The notes beneath the pieces were generated by a model. It did not search any database. It had not been told where the DNA came from and saw only the letters and a list, made by a program, of their open reading frames with translations. A DNA stretch of 64,000 bases from the human T2T-CHM13v2.0 reference genome, Homo sapiens. Shown here in pieces: positions 12,345-25,645 of this stretch; positions within the stretch are counted from its first letter, which is position 1, and each line of letters starts with the position of its first letter. The stretch lies in NCBI RefSeq assembly GCF_009914755.1, contig NC_060930.1, one strand, 5' to 3'. The translations under genes and the position numbers were made by a program.

Positions 12345-15300
12345 AAATTATTATTTTTATTTTAAATTAATGCATAATAATTATACATATTTATGGGGTA
12401 CAATGTGATGTTTCAATACATGTACACATTGTATAATAATCAAATCAGGGTAATTAGCATATCCATCACCTCAAACATTTATCATTTCTTTGTAGTGGGA
12501 ACATTAAATACTTTCTTCTAGCTATTTTGAGATCTACAATACCTTTTTGTTGGCTATAATCATCCTACTGTATAATAGGACACCAGAACTTATTCCTTGT
12601 ATCTAATTATAACTTTGTGCCCGCTGACCAACCTCTTCTCATTCCGTTCTCCCCACCACCCTACCCAGTCTCTGGTAACCACTCTTTACTACATCTATAA
12701 GATCAACATTTTTAGATTCTGTATATGAATGAGTATATGTGGTATTTTCTTTCTGTGTCTGGCTTATATCACTTAACATAAAGTCCTCCAGGTTCATCTA
12801 TTTTGTCATAAATGACAGGATTTCATTCTTTTTTCTGTGGCTGCATAGTATTCCATTGTGTATATATACCCCATTTTCTTATTCTGTTTATCCATTGTTG
12901 GATATTTAGGTTGATTCCATATCTTGACTATTGTGAATAGTGCAGCAATATACACATGAGAGTGCAAATATCTTCTTGATGTAGTGATTTATATACCCAG
13001 TAGTGGAATTGCTGAATCATATGGTAGTTCTATTTTTAAATTTTTAAGGACCCTCCATGCTGTTTTCCAGTATGCTGTACTAATTTACATCCCCACCAAT
13101 AATGTGTAAAGGTTCCCTTTTTTCCCTGTATCCTCTCCAACACTTGTTATCTTTTGTCTCCTTGATAATATCTATTTTAACTGAAGTAAGGTGATATATC
13201 ATTGTGGTTTTTACTTGCATTTCACTGGCGATTAGTGATGGTTAGCATTTTTCTATATATCTGTCAGCCATTATTATATCTTCTTTTGAGAATTATCTAT
13301 TACAGCCTTTTGCCCATTTTTGATCAGATTATTTATTTATTTGCTGATGAGTTGTTGGAGCTCCAACTCATATTAGTCTTTTGTCAGATGAATAGTTTGC
13401 AAATATTTCCTCCTATTCTGAGTTTTTTCTTCACTTTGTTGATTATTTTCTTCGCTGTGTAGAACTTTTTAGTTTGTTGTAATCTCATTTGTCTACTTTT
13501 GCTTTAGTTGCCTGTGCTTTTGAGGTCTTATTAAAAAAAGTCCTTGCCCAATTCAATGTTATGAGGCATTTCTCCTATATTTACTTGAAATAATTTCATA
13601 ATTTCAGATCTTACACTTAAGTCTTTCATCTGTTTTGATCTGATTTTTGTATATGGTGAAAGATAAGGGTCCAGATTTATTCTTCTGTATGTGGATGTCC
13701 AATTTTCTCATTACCATTTACTGAAGAGACTATTCTTTCTCCAAGGTGTGTTCTTAGCATCTTTGTCAATTAGTTGGCTGGAGATGCATAGATTTATTTC
13801 TGAGCTCTCTATTCTCTCCCATTGGTGTGTGTGTCCATTTTTATGCCAACACTATGCTCTTTTGGATACTACAACTACATATATGTTTTGAAGTCTAGAA
13901 GTGTCACACTTCTAGCTTTGTTTTTGTTTTTTTATTTTGCTCAAAATCTTCTTGGCTATTTGGCATCTTTTGTGGTTTCATAGAAATTTTAGGATTGTTT
14001 TGTCTATTTTTGTGAAGAATGTTATTGGTATTTTGACAGAGGTTGCATTGAATCTGTAGATTACTTTGGGTAGAATGGACATTTTAACAATATTAATTCT
14101 TCCAATTTATGAACGTGGGATATCTTTCTACTTATTGTGTCCTCTTTAATTTCTTTCATCAATGTTTTACAGATTTCAGTATAGAGATTTTTCTCCTCCT
14201 TGGTTAAATTTATTCCTAGGTATATAATTTTTTTGGTAGCTCTTGTAAATGGAATTGTTTTCTTGATTTATTTTTCAGATAATTTACTATTGACATGTAG
14301 AAACACTACTGACTTTTGTGTACTGATTTCTTATCCTGTAGCTTTACTGAATTTGTGTAAAAACTAGTTCCAACAGCTTTTTGGTGGGTTCTTTAGGGTT
14401 TTTTTATGTATAAGATTATGTCATCTGCAAACAGGAATAATTTGACTTCCTCCTTTCCGTTTCTTTCTCTTGTCTAATTGCTCTGTCCAGGATTTCTAAT
14501 ACTTGGTTAAATATAGGTAGTGAAAGTAGCCATTCTTATTGTTCCACATCTTAGAGGAAAAGCTTTCAATTTTTCCCCACTTAGTATGCTGGTAGTTATA
14601 TGTTTGTCATATATGGCTTTTGTTATGTTGAGTGTATTAGTCGATTCTCATACTGCTATAAAGAAATATCTGAGACTGGGTGATTTTTGAAGAAAAGAAG
14701 TTTAATTGGCTCATGCTTCTGCAGGCTGAATAGGACGTATAGCAGCTTCTACTTCTTGGGAGGCCTCAGGAAACCTAAAATCATGACAGAAGATGAAGGA
14801 GAAGGAGGCACATCTTATATGGTGGAGCAGAAGCAAGAACTAGGGTCTGGGGATAGGTGCTACACACTTTTAAACAGCCAGATTTCGTGAGAACTCTGTC
14901 AGGAGACAGCACCAAGGGGATGGTTCTAAACCATTCCTTAGGGATCCATCCCCATGATCAAATCACCTCTGACCAGGCCCCAACTCCAACACTGGGTATT
15001 GCAATTCAACATGAGATTTGGATGGAGACACAGATCCAAACCATATAATTGAGGTATGTACCTTGTATATCAAATTTGTTAAAGGTTGTTTATTTTGGAG
15101 GGATGTGAAATTTTGTCAAACGCTTTTCCTGTCTATTGAAATTATCATATGGTCTTTGTTCTTCTTTCTGTTAATGTGACAAATCACATTTATTGATTTG
15201 TGCGTGTTAAATCATCCTCGCATCCCTGTGATGAATCTCACTTGATCATAATTGATGATCTTTTTAATGTACAGTTGAATTTGGTTTGCTAGTATTTTGT

Positions 15301-16495
15301 TGAGGAATTTGCATCTATGTTCATCAGAGATATTGGCCTGTAGTTCTCTTTTTTGTTGTGTCCTTCTGTGGTTTTGGTATTAGGAAATACTGGCCTCACA
15401 GAAAGAGTATTACCTTTTCTTTAATTTTTTGTGAATACTTTGAGAAGTATTGGAATTTGTTTTTCCTTAAATGTTTGGTAGAATTCAGCAGTAAAGCCAT
15501 CAGGTTCTGAGGTGGTATTTTTTGTTTTTTGTTTCTGTTTATTTTTTAGAGATAAAAAAAATTTTTATCTGTATTTTATCTGTATTTTTTTTAGAGATAA
15601 TTTTCATTATTGATTATATTTCCTCACTTGTTATTGGCCTGTTCGGACTTTCTTTTTCTTCATAAGTCAATCTTAATAGATTGTATGTGTCCAGGAATTT
15701 ATTTTTTTTTCTGGACTATCAAATTTTGACATAATTATTCATAATTGTCTCATATGATCGTTTGTATTTCTCTGGTGTCAGTTGTTATGTCTCTTTTCTC
15801 ATCTCTGATTTTGAGTATTCTTTCTGTTGTCTTATTTAATAAGGATTTGTTTATTTTGTTTATCTTTTCAAAAAACCAACTTTTCATTTCATTGATCTTT
15901 TGCATTGTTTCTGTATTCTTTATTTCATTTATTTCTGCTCTGATTTTTATTATAACCTTCCTTCTACCAATTTTGGGTTTAGTTTGTCCTTATTTTTTTA
16001 GTCCCTTGAGTAGCAATGTTAGATTATTAGAAATCTTTCTTTTTCTGAGGTAGCCATTTATTGCTATGAACTCCTAGAACTGCTTCTGTTGAATTCCATA
16101 GGTCTTGGTATATTGTGTTTCCATTCTTGTTTCTCTCCAGAAATTTTTTCATTTTCCTTTTAATTTCTTCATTGACCCATTGGTTATTCCAATTTCCATG
16201 TATTTTTTAAGTTTCCAAAGTTCTTTTTGTTATTGATTTCTAGCTTTATACCATTGAGTTCAGAAAAGATACTTGATATGATCTCTATCTTCTTAAATTT
16301 GTTAAGATTTGTTTTGTTGTCCAACATATGCTCTATACTGGGAGTGTTCCATGTGTAGTTGAGAAGAATGTGTATTCTGCAGCTGTTAAATGGAACATTC
16401 TGTAAATGTCTGTTAGGTCTGTTTGGTCTAGTGTGCAGTTTAGGTATGATGTTTCTTTGCTGATTTTCTGTTTAAACGATCTATCCATTGTTAAG
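12345..16495 (-). mobile_element. L1MA, 5'-truncated (3' UTR plus decayed ORF2)
   Basis: L1MA 3' end (tatttatggggtacaatgtgatg) followed by ~4 kb of antisense ORF2 sequence. Confidence 0.92.
14633..15048 (-). mobile_element. MSTA-like solo LTR (ERVL-MaLR) nested in L1MA
   Basis: tgtattagtc...ccaaaccatataa; 5-bp TSD ttgag at 14628-14632 and 15049-15053. Confidence 0.9.
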
Positions 16496-17204
16496 AGTGT
16501 CTCTCAACTCTTGAATTACTGGACTATAGGGGCTGAGCTTTGCTCATCTTTCTGTCTTCTACCACAGTTATCTCCAACTTCCTCGGGGCTAAGAATAATG
16601 TGGAGCCCTTGTTACGTGGAAATTCTGATTCAGGAATTTAGATTGGACCTCAGTTATTTTTTTAAACAAATGTTCTGAGTGATTCTTAATATTGTAAAAG
16701 ATTGGAAAAAACTCCAAGCACATAGCAGAGTACCTTACACATATGAGTGCTCAATAAATACCTATGAAGTAAATTCAGTTCACTGTGCAAGAATCAGCAG
16801 TTGGACAGAGGAGCCAGTAGCCACATATGTATTAAAAAACATAGATTTATACTTGATTTTGAACAACCAACAACATTGTAGGAATAGTTTAATGAGACCC
16901 TCAAAAACATTATAATTTTAATGTGGGCACAATAATTCAATTTTGGGCAAACATAATCTTTTTACTGTGTAGGATATAGGCACAGTCATAGAAAAGTGAG
17001 TATATACAATGCATCTTATTTTAAATTTTTAACCATTCAGAAATATTCAAAGAAGATTGTGTCGTTTCCTTGTACGATTAACAGTAGCAATGGAAATAAA
17101 CAAATTGTCAATTTTCTAAAGAGGATTTTTGAGTTCTCATCATTAGCCCATGGTATATCGAACTACTTTACTTAATATGTGTAGCTTAAAAAGCAGAAGC
17201 AATT

Positions 17205-17445
17205 TTACCACCCAAAATATGACCTCATGGTATGTAGGAAAGAAGTGAAGAAAGTTGAGAAAGAAGACCCATTGGACACATTTTCATTTAGCTTTGATCC
17301 ATCAGATTTCTCTTCATTCTTTGCACAGCCATCTGACCTTTTCTTTTCTTCAGATGTATTTTCTTTACAGCAGGAGTCTGCACATTGCCTTCTGTTCTTC
17401 TGTGCTTTCACTTCCACTTGCCCCTACCAACTGCTCAGGTTTACC
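17205..17445 (-). pseudogene. Possible terminal exon of the EXOC3-like relic
   Basis: ttacag|g acceptor; 70 open codons of K/E/S-rich sequence ending FSTFFTSFLHTMRSYFGW*; no homology recognised. Confidence 0.3.
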
Positions 17446-17821
17446 CTGTAATTCAATCCAAATTATTATAACTGTTGGCATGTTATTTTTTTGTTTGTTT
17501 GGGATGAACTTTCACACCAGTTTCCTTTCTAGGTTATGGGAAGACTTTAGATTTGTTACCCTTTTCTTATTATCTTTGTGGTCCAAACATCTTGACCAAG
17601 GTACCAGGTCATGTGGCTTAGAACAGCCCTATCTATGAGTGAAGTGGCCAAGGGCCATTGTCCTCAATGAAAATCAGTGGGTGGGAACAATTAGAAGAGT
17701 ATGGAGGTGGGGCTCATGCTGAGGCTTGGCTACTCTGGGATTTCTTTCTACTGTATTTCATTCTTTCTTTAATTATAAATGATAATTCAGAGGTCTTTTT
17801 TTGGCATATATGTTTTTCTGC

Positions 17822-18035
17822 TGTATATATATATATATTTTCTATTATATATACATATATATTTTCTATTATATATACATATATATTTTCTATTACATAC
17901 ACATATATATTTTTTCTATTACATATATACATATATTTTTTTCTATTATATATACATATATATACATGTAACTTACTATTACATGTATATATATACATAT
18001 ATATATATACATGTAACCTACTATTACACATATTT
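17822..18035. repeat. TA-rich low-complexity minisatellite (~24-bp unit tatatatacatatatattttctat)
   Basis: Direct reading. Confidence 0.9.
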
Positions 18036-18611
18036 TTTTCCTGAAAATCCATGAACATACTTTAAGTACTTAAAATTATTAACTGAAAATAATGCTAAGT
18101 AAATAATAATTTATCAGGACCATATGTACATAGAGACAAGCAGGGCTAACATCTAAGAAGTATTCTAAATTTTGCTGTTGCTTTTCTTTTCCTTATTCCT
18201 TCCTGATCTTACCCCGTTATTGGCAAGACCCTCTCATATTATTGTTTGCAAGTCTAAAGCACAAGAATTAGCAGAGTGTCAATAAATGCATTTGAGCTAA
18301 GTGCTTCAGAGAAGAGATGATTATGAGGCAAGGAAGGTAGAAGCATGAGACTATTATTAGTTGACAACAGCAGCTTGGCCGTGGTGGGAAAGGGATCACA
18401 TCCTCTGCCAACCTCCATTTTCTGGGAATCTGGTTGCACCTGGCCCAAACCCAATTCTGCAGACTTTGTGAGGCCTGCCCGAGAGCCCCCTCAGGGTTTG
18501 GCTTAGTTTCTTGTGATTCTCTCAATTATGCCTTTTCACTCCAACAGTATCTACAGAAGCGGCCCCAGGCTTGGCCATGCTAGTCTGGGTACAAAGATAA
18601 GTCATTTTTTC

Positions 18612-18906
18612 CGTTTTTTTTTTTGAAATGGAGTCTCACTGTGTCGCCCAGGTTGGAGTGCAGTGGCGCGATCTCGGCTCACTGCAACCTCTGCCCCCTG
18701 AGTTTGAGCGATTCTCTGCCTCAGCCTCCCGAGTAGCTGAGATTACAGGCATCCGCCATCATGCCCAGCTAATTTTTTGTATTTTTTTAGTAGAGACGGG
18801 GTTTCACCATCTTGGCCAAGCTAGTCTTGAACTCCTGACCTTGTGAACCACCCGCGTCAGCTTCCCAAAGTGCTGGGATGACAGGCGTGAGCCATGGCGC
18901 CCGGCC
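18612..18906 (-). mobile_element. AluS (Sg/Sc-type)
   Basis: Full dimer with short left-arm deletion. Confidence 0.93.
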
Positions 18907-18937
18907 TCAGTTGTTTTTTTAAGAAATTATCAACAGA

Positions 18938-19289
<352 letters not shown>

Positions 19290-19456
19290 TTAAGACATTG
19301 CATAACTTTTAGTAACTCTTCTGAGAATTTACAGCCTATTAGTGGTGGTAGAATCAGAGGGTGTTCATCTCTTCACCCTCTCCCTCGCCCTCCCCTTCCC
19401 TCCTGACTTTGGTGCACTGGGACCTTTCTCCCCTGGTCTTGCATGGGCTCTTCACA

Positions 19457-19848
19457 TCTCTTAGTCTGTTTGTGCTCCTATAACAGAATACCTGAGACTG
19501 GGTAATTTATAATAAACAGAAATTTCTTTTCTCACAGTTCTGGAGACTGGGAAATCTCAGAAGGGTCTTCTTGCTGTTTCATTCCATGGCAGAAGGCAGA
19601 AGGACAAGAAAGGATGAGAGAAAGAGAAATGGGCCCAACTCATCCTTTTGTGAGGAACTCACTCCCATAGTAACAGACCCACTCCCGTGATAATGACATT
19701 AATCCCATTTATCCATATAATCCACTCCCATCAGGGCAGAGCCCTCATGGCCTAATTGCCTCTTAAAAGTCCCACCTTTTAAGATGGTTACAATGGCAAT
19801 TACATTTCAACATGAGTTTGGGAGGAGACAAACATTTAAACCATACCA
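19457..19848 (-). mobile_element. MSTB/C-like solo LTR
   Basis: 5-bp TSD tcaca at 19452-19456 and 19849-19853; MaLR termini. Confidence 0.85.
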
Positions 19849-20205
19849 TCACATTTGGGGTCTATCCGTGTGTCTCCTGGAATAAATGGATGGTTTCACA
19901 TTAGAGGTGGGATTTGAAATAAGTTTCAACCTTCAATGATTAATCAAATCTTCTCTTCCTACCAAGTCATTTTTAATTGATATTAAATGATGGTATGAGC
20001 AAATGTTTTACAGGAATGAGACAATGTAAAATAATATTGAAGTTAGAGTAAAATGAGCAAATGAGAACAGGCAAGCTTCAGTGACTCAAACTATTAAGTG
20101 AAATATATAGTTATGAAAAAAGATCAATATAAAGCATATTAGGAGGAAGGGATGTATTTTTTTCACATCATTTTATCATTCTCTCAATTAATTTTTCATA
20201 CTAAC

Positions 20206-20282
20206 TTTGTTCCTTTCTCATCTTTTCAATCTTTACCAAACCTCTTCCCTCATTTCCTTTTTAAAATTGGGAGGTTTCTTGC
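20206..20282 (-). pseudogene. EXOC3-like relic exon (near C-terminus)
   Basis: ttatctag|g ... aaa|gttagt; KEMREEVW*RL vs RDMKQTIMETL. Confidence 0.55.
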
Positions 20283-20369
20283 CTAGATAACAATCTAGAT
20301 TTGGTAAATCAAATAATTTCCTATATTAAACTTTTTATATTTTTGGGATGATAGTGAATGAATACAAAC

Positions 20370-20651
20370 TTTGAAATGGTGTTCATGTAATTCAGGTATT
20401 GAGGAATATTTTTTTTCTAGAACCGTAAGTTGAACAGAACTGGTAACAGATGGCTCAGCCTCAGTGAAAACTATTAAATGCATCTTTAATTGATATTAAA
20501 TACCTCCCTGTTCTGCAGGAAGCAGAGGAGAAAGAAGATTCACAAACACTGAGATGACTTGATTGTTTGAGCATAGCCATGGTGCATTTTTGTTTATCAA
20601 GAAAGCATATGTTATTCTCATCATTAAATGTCCACTAAATTGTGTTGAAAC
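20370..20651 (-). pseudogene. EXOC3-like relic exon
   Basis: Acceptor ttcttctttcag|g; EPSVTSSVQLTVLEKKYSSIPELHEHH vs DPSLLYLEVSTLVSKYPDIRDDH. Confidence 0.65.
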
Positions 20652-20709
20652 CTGAAAGAAGAATAGAAGCCAAAACCTTGGAGTGTGTAGAAAACACACG
20701 AGTGGAAAA

Positions 20710-20825
20710 ACCAGCTCAGCTTGGTTTTCTGATCCTAGCTCTGCCACAGCTGGTGTGACCTTTGGTAAAACAGTAAACTAGTCTCTGGGTGCTCAGGGTT
20801 TTACATCTGTAAGTTGGTAAAATCC
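20710..20825 (+). mobile_element. MIR (intronic to the relic gene)
   Basis: gatcctagctctgccac..tgtgacctt. Confidence 0.6.
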
Positions 20826-20923
20826 CTGTCTCCCTGTCTCAGGGGGGCAAATAAGAACTTGGGATGGTCAAATGCTATGAACTCTTTAGCAGATAAAATA
20901 TATGTTTTCCCTTAAAATATAAC

Positions 20924-21089
20924 CATTGTGGGTAATCAAAATTCTGAAAAGCTGTGATATGAATGGCAAATTCAGTAGCATCAGTAACACAAATAGCACA
21001 AAGAGTTCTCTTGCTACAATATAATACAGAAGGACGTAGACTTTGGGTTTTAGTCATAAAATGTTCAAAATGGCTTTATGGCCATGTAT
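20924..21089 (-). pseudogene. EXOC3-like relic exon
   Basis: Acceptor tttttgttttatctcag|a; SHFEHFMTK..AICVT..AFQNFDYP vs QHLNELMTK..IICVT..DFAKIKKP. Confidence 0.75.
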
Positions 21090-21220
21090 CTGAGATAAAA
21101 CAAAAATTTTATTTTATTTTACAAATTTCCATATGCAACACTGAAAAACAAAAATTTTATAAATAAAATATACCAGACTTTCAGATTGTTGGTGAGTGTT
21201 AGTTTTTCTCTTTGGCTTAC

Positions 21221-21329
21221 TTTTCAGTTATTTCCTTACTCAATATTTCCTTTTCAGTATGTCATTTTCCTAGGCTACAAGCTCTCAAGGTCTTCTTTTT
21301 CCCCTTCAGGGAAAAAGTTCCCATAAGAT
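21221..21329 (-). pseudogene. EXOC3-like relic exon (weak homology)
   Basis: cccttag|a ... aaa|gtaagc; EKEDLESL / ILSKEITE placed just upstream of the HFMTK exon. Confidence 0.4.
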
Positions 21330-22524
21330 CTAAGGGCAATTGACAATGAGGGATTATAGATTCGATGGTTGGAAATAAACTATGATTGTTTCTTATTGCC
21401 TTGGTAAAACCAAAATCTCAGATTAAATATATTGTCACTATTATAATTATACTAAAAGGTCTAGTAGATTTTTTATACCCTCTGAGTATCCAAATAAAGC
21501 CAGAATTAAAAAAAATCAGACATAATATGTTTTCTGGGAGGAATTTGACAGCAAAGACATTTCCATCTAAGTATAATTAACATTAATTTGTGGAAAAGTA
21601 AATGGCAAAAATGATTAATTTATTTTTATTGACTGTATTTTGACTCTTTTAAAATGATTACTGAGTAAGACATAGAATTTGCTTTTATTAAAGAAGAATA
21701 AATGTAATCTGCCTTTATTATTTAAAACTGTGCCTGATAGTGCATCGGGAAATAAACAATATGTCATTGACCAGATGCTGGCAGCAAAACAGTATTTCTT
21801 CAAGTCTGCAAATATTAAACCACAGATTTGAAAATGCTCTGGAAAATTAGTTTCTCATAAAAATCGTGTAAAGGAATAAATTAGCACCTTATTTAAATGC
21901 AAACCAAAGAGTTTTAATAACACCTGCCAAGATGCAGGATTTCAAAGGGAAGTGTGACTTAGGGTTTACTATTTTGTTCTGTAGAAACCAATCTTGAGTT
22001 GCTATCTATCACAATTCAATTGGAGACATTCTTTCAATGAAATCAAGTAGAATAGGAGGTACATAGAATAGTTTATGAGAACTACTCAGAAGCAGTTAAA
22101 CAATACTTTATTAGATCCTACAGGAAGATAATGAAATGTTCTCACCAAAATAAAAATGAACAATTGGGCTGTGGCCCAAGTTTGGTCCTTTGTTATCTAA
22201 CCCTTTAGAATGAGGATAATGTACGCTCTGCAGAGCCCTTCAGTTTCTATGTAAGTATACACAAAAAATAGGCCATCAAATCACAGAACAACAGAGGAAG
22301 TAGGGTGTAGAAAAACTTGAACACCATCATTAAGCCAAAAATGCCATATATTTACATGAATATACCAATTATTTATTAAGTGAATATTTTGTTTAGATTC
22401 TAGTTCTAAAAAGCCGAGACAAATGGGGCTTAATATAACAATAGTTAGACATGGAATTTGGGACATTTAGGTGCATTTATTTTTTCTGATGATTATTTTT
22501 ACTGAAGTTTAAAAATATATATAA

Positions 22525-22698
22525 ATACGAGCAAGACTCTTCATAAACAAAGTACACCAGGAACACAGTATCTCTTACGGAAGATAAAGCATTTGCATGC
22601 AACACTGTCATAAACTCAAGAAATACCAGAAAATCACTTTGCCATTTCTGCAACGCACTTATAAGGAACACACGTACCCTATTTATGTGAGATCTCAC
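22525..22698 (-). pseudogene. EXOC3-like relic exon
   Basis: INRVRVFLISALQKWQSDF..FLVYFVYEESCS vs LKTKVLVLCLQQMNSFLSRY..YVQYMIAIINNCQ. Confidence 0.55.
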
Positions 22699-22789
22699 CT
22701 GATATAATAACTACTTATAATTTCTGTTTCTATGATACTTGCTTGAGAAGCCACAGGCTAAATGTGCTTTAGCGTTCATAGGTGGAATT

Positions 22790-23010
22790 TCTCAGAATCA
22801 TCGGATGAATAAGAATAGGATACTAAAGCTTAAAGAAGTCTTAGGGATTACCTAGGGCAACACTCTTCTCCCCTATTCTTGTTCCTCAGATACTCTTTTT
22901 TTTTTTTTAAATGATCACACTGAGGATCAAATGGATTAAAGAGATTAAGTGACTTTCTCAAGATTATAGAGGTTGTCAGAGCAGAGCTGAAACTAGAACC
23001 AAGGTCTTTT
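22790..23010 (-). mobile_element. MIR (intronic to the relic gene)
   Basis: gcagagctgaaactagaaccaaggtctt. Confidence 0.6.
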
Positions 23011-23113
23011 CATTCTTTTCGTTACAACTCTCTGCTTCGGTAATGTCGGTCACAGAGTACAGGGCAGTACTCTCAGCAGATTTTCTGCATGACTTGTCCA
23101 TGTTCGTTTATAC

Positions 23114-23281
23114 CATTCCCCAGAGAGTGCAAAGCCATTTCTAGAGAAGTTGCATTTTCTTTTTTCATGGAGTGCAGTTCAGATGTCAGAGTAATGTGAG
23201 ATCATCTTGGAGTGAGTCAGCTCTGCAATCCTCCAAAGCTTTACTCCTTTCTTCTCTCCTTAATTGGTGCTTCTCTCATTA
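23114..23281 (-). pseudogene. EXOC3-like relic exon
   Basis: Acceptor ctgttcctttctaccag|t, donor atg|gtataa; HITLTSELHSMKKEN vs QTTLPAIVFQMFEQN. Confidence 0.6.
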
Positions 23282-23814
23282 CTGGTAGAAAGGAACAGTT
23301 ATTACTATTATTGTTATTATTTTTTTAAATTTCCAATGTTCTTGCCACATGCATGAGTTCTGCAGCACTTGAGCTCATCTCTATCTATTCAGGGAGAGGA
23401 GGCTCTGCCTCATGCACTTGGATATTGCAACAATGTCAACTTGCTATAAAATTCTAAATATTTATCTCATTTTCAATATTTTATGGGTTGATGAAAGGTA
23501 ACAAATTGCTTGCACACCAACCCTGGACCATGAACCATACTTTGACTAGTGCAGGTTTAAGAAACCCACTTGTGAATAAGATGCCTCCAAATAACACAGC
23601 AGAAACCCCAACATTTTACGTTCCCCTCAGTTCCTCTCTACCTTACCCCTCAACCTCCACCATGTTAGTGAATGACATTAATTTCTCCCTGAAAAAAGTG
23701 GGAGCTGTAGAGACCTGCTCCCTCTTTCCTCTCCCTAACCCTATGTTATCTGGATAAACTATATAAACCTTCTCCTTCAGCTTTAAAGAAGAAAATGTGC
23801 TTCTTTAGGTCCAG

Positions 23815-23990
23815 TTTAGTAGTGTGGTTAAGAGCACTTTCTCTGGAGCCAGGCTGCCTGGATTTAGTTCCTGAATTTTAACTTACAAGCAGTAAAATTC
23901 AGCTAATATTGTGCTTTAGTTTCTTCATCTATAAAGACTTAAAATAGCATTCTGTGTGTAGTAAGTAATTAATAAATATTAGCTATTATA
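23815..23990 (+). mobile_element. MIR
   Basis: gtggttaagagcac..tctggagccaggctgcctgg. Confidence 0.8.
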
Positions 23991-24279
23991 ATTATCCAAG
24001 ACTAACCTTGCCATCTAAGCCCTGGGGCTGCTCCCCTCTGTATTCCTCAGGGATCCATTGCCACTAATAATACCGCTTATCCTTGGTAACTTCATGCTAT
24101 GGCTATGATCTTATGTTGCTTATATTTATATTTAATGGTTCCTCATCCTTTTAAAGTTACCTTTCTAGAAAAGAGAATCTAGACTTTGTGCCTGTATTCC
24201 CATTTACTCTTTTTTTTTTTTCTCCCACTCATTTACTTATATAATTTGGTGGGTTAAGAGAGTTCCGGTGTAACTGTAA

Positions 24280-24720
24280 GGAAACTCGCTGGCACCTACA
24301 CTAGATTAGGAGGGCAAGGAAGACTCCCTGGAGGAAGTGACATATAAGTCAAGGATGAGTGTGAGTTAGCCAGGCTAAGAAGTAGTCTTCCAGGTTGATG
24401 AAACAGTATGCAGCCTTTGAATAACTGAAAGTCAATTCAGTACAGGTAAGAAGATATGGAGGAAACTATGAGTGGAGAAGCCAAAGAATGTAAGAGATGG
24501 GACTGGAAAGGCAGGTAGGGGTCTGTATGACAAATTATGACAAAAATTGCACTTTAACCTGAGGATGTTAGGAAGACAGATACTGGGAGTGCCAGCACAA
24601 ATGTCCATTTAAAAAAGATCACTCTTGTCCAAGAAGGAATGCTATGGAAAGTTTTGAAGCCAGTGAGATAATCAAATTTCCCTTTTAGAAAGACCACTGG
24701 ATTAGAAGGAGCAAAGGAAG
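24280..24720 (-). mobile_element. L2 fragment
   Basis: ggaagactccctggaggaagtgaca..; ttttagaaagaccact. Confidence 0.6.
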
Positions 24721-24888
24721 GTATAAAAGTATAGGGACCCAGGAGGGCATTGATAGGTTTTATGGGAAAGTGTCAAGATATTATTAGTAAGATTGTGGTT
24801 CTAGAGGAAGATCAGTGTTCTAGAAGGAGGAATAAAGGTCAGGAAATTGAGGAGCCAGAGGAGGCTTGGGATCAAGATGAGATTGCAG

Positions 24889-25643
24889 CTAAAAACAGAA
24901 CTACCATATGATCCAGCAATCCCACTCCTGAGTATATACCCAAAAGAAAGAAAATCAATATACTGAAGAGATATCTGCACTCCCATGTTTGTTGCATCAC
25001 TGTTCATAATAGGTAAGATTTGAAAGCAACCTAAGTGCCCATCAACAGATGAATGGATAAAGAAAATTTGGTACATATACACAATGGAGTACTACTCAGT
25101 CATAAAAAGAATGCAATCTTGTCGTTTGCAACAGCATAGATAGAACTGAAGACCATTACGTTAAGTGAAATGAGCCAGGCAGAGAAAGACAAACATCACA
25201 TGTTCTCACTTATTTGTGGGATTTAAAAATCAGAACAATTGAACTCATGGAAATAGAGAGTTAGAAAGATGGTTATCAGAGGCTGGGAATGGTTGTGGGA
25301 GGGAAGGGTTGGGGGAAGGTGGGGATGGTTAATGTGTACAAAAAAAACCCAGAAAGAATGAATAAGACCTACTATTTGTTAGCACAACAGGGTGAGTGTA
25401 GACAATAATAACTTAATTTTACTTTCTGAAATAACTAAAAGAGTATAATTGGATTGTTTGTAACATAAAGGATAAATGCTTTAGGGGATACTCCATTTTC
25501 CATGATGTGATTATTATGGATTGCATGTATGCCTGTATCAAAACATCTCATGTGCTCCATAATTATATAAGCCTATTATGTACCCACAAAAATTAAAAAT
25601 AAAAAAATTAAAAATAAATATATTTATTTTCCAATTAAAAAAC
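24889..25643 (+). mobile_element. 5'-truncated L1MA with 14-bp TSD
   Basis: End of ORF2, 3' UTR and A-rich tail; TSD agatgagattgcag at 24875-24888 and 25644-25657. Confidence 0.92.
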
Positions 25644-25645
25644 AG

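Noticed and set aside
17658-18058. Y/I-rich ORFs
   Set aside because: TA-rich simple repeat.
21700-22410. Extra minus-strand acceptors (21805, ~22247, ~22407) as further EXOC3-like exons
   Set aside because: Plausible by position (e.g. LEEILFCCQHLVNDILF) but homology and donors too weak to call.
20200-23300. Idea that the relic is an OGFR-like gene
   Set aside because: No OGFr-domain motifs found; the Sec6 match is colinear and much better.
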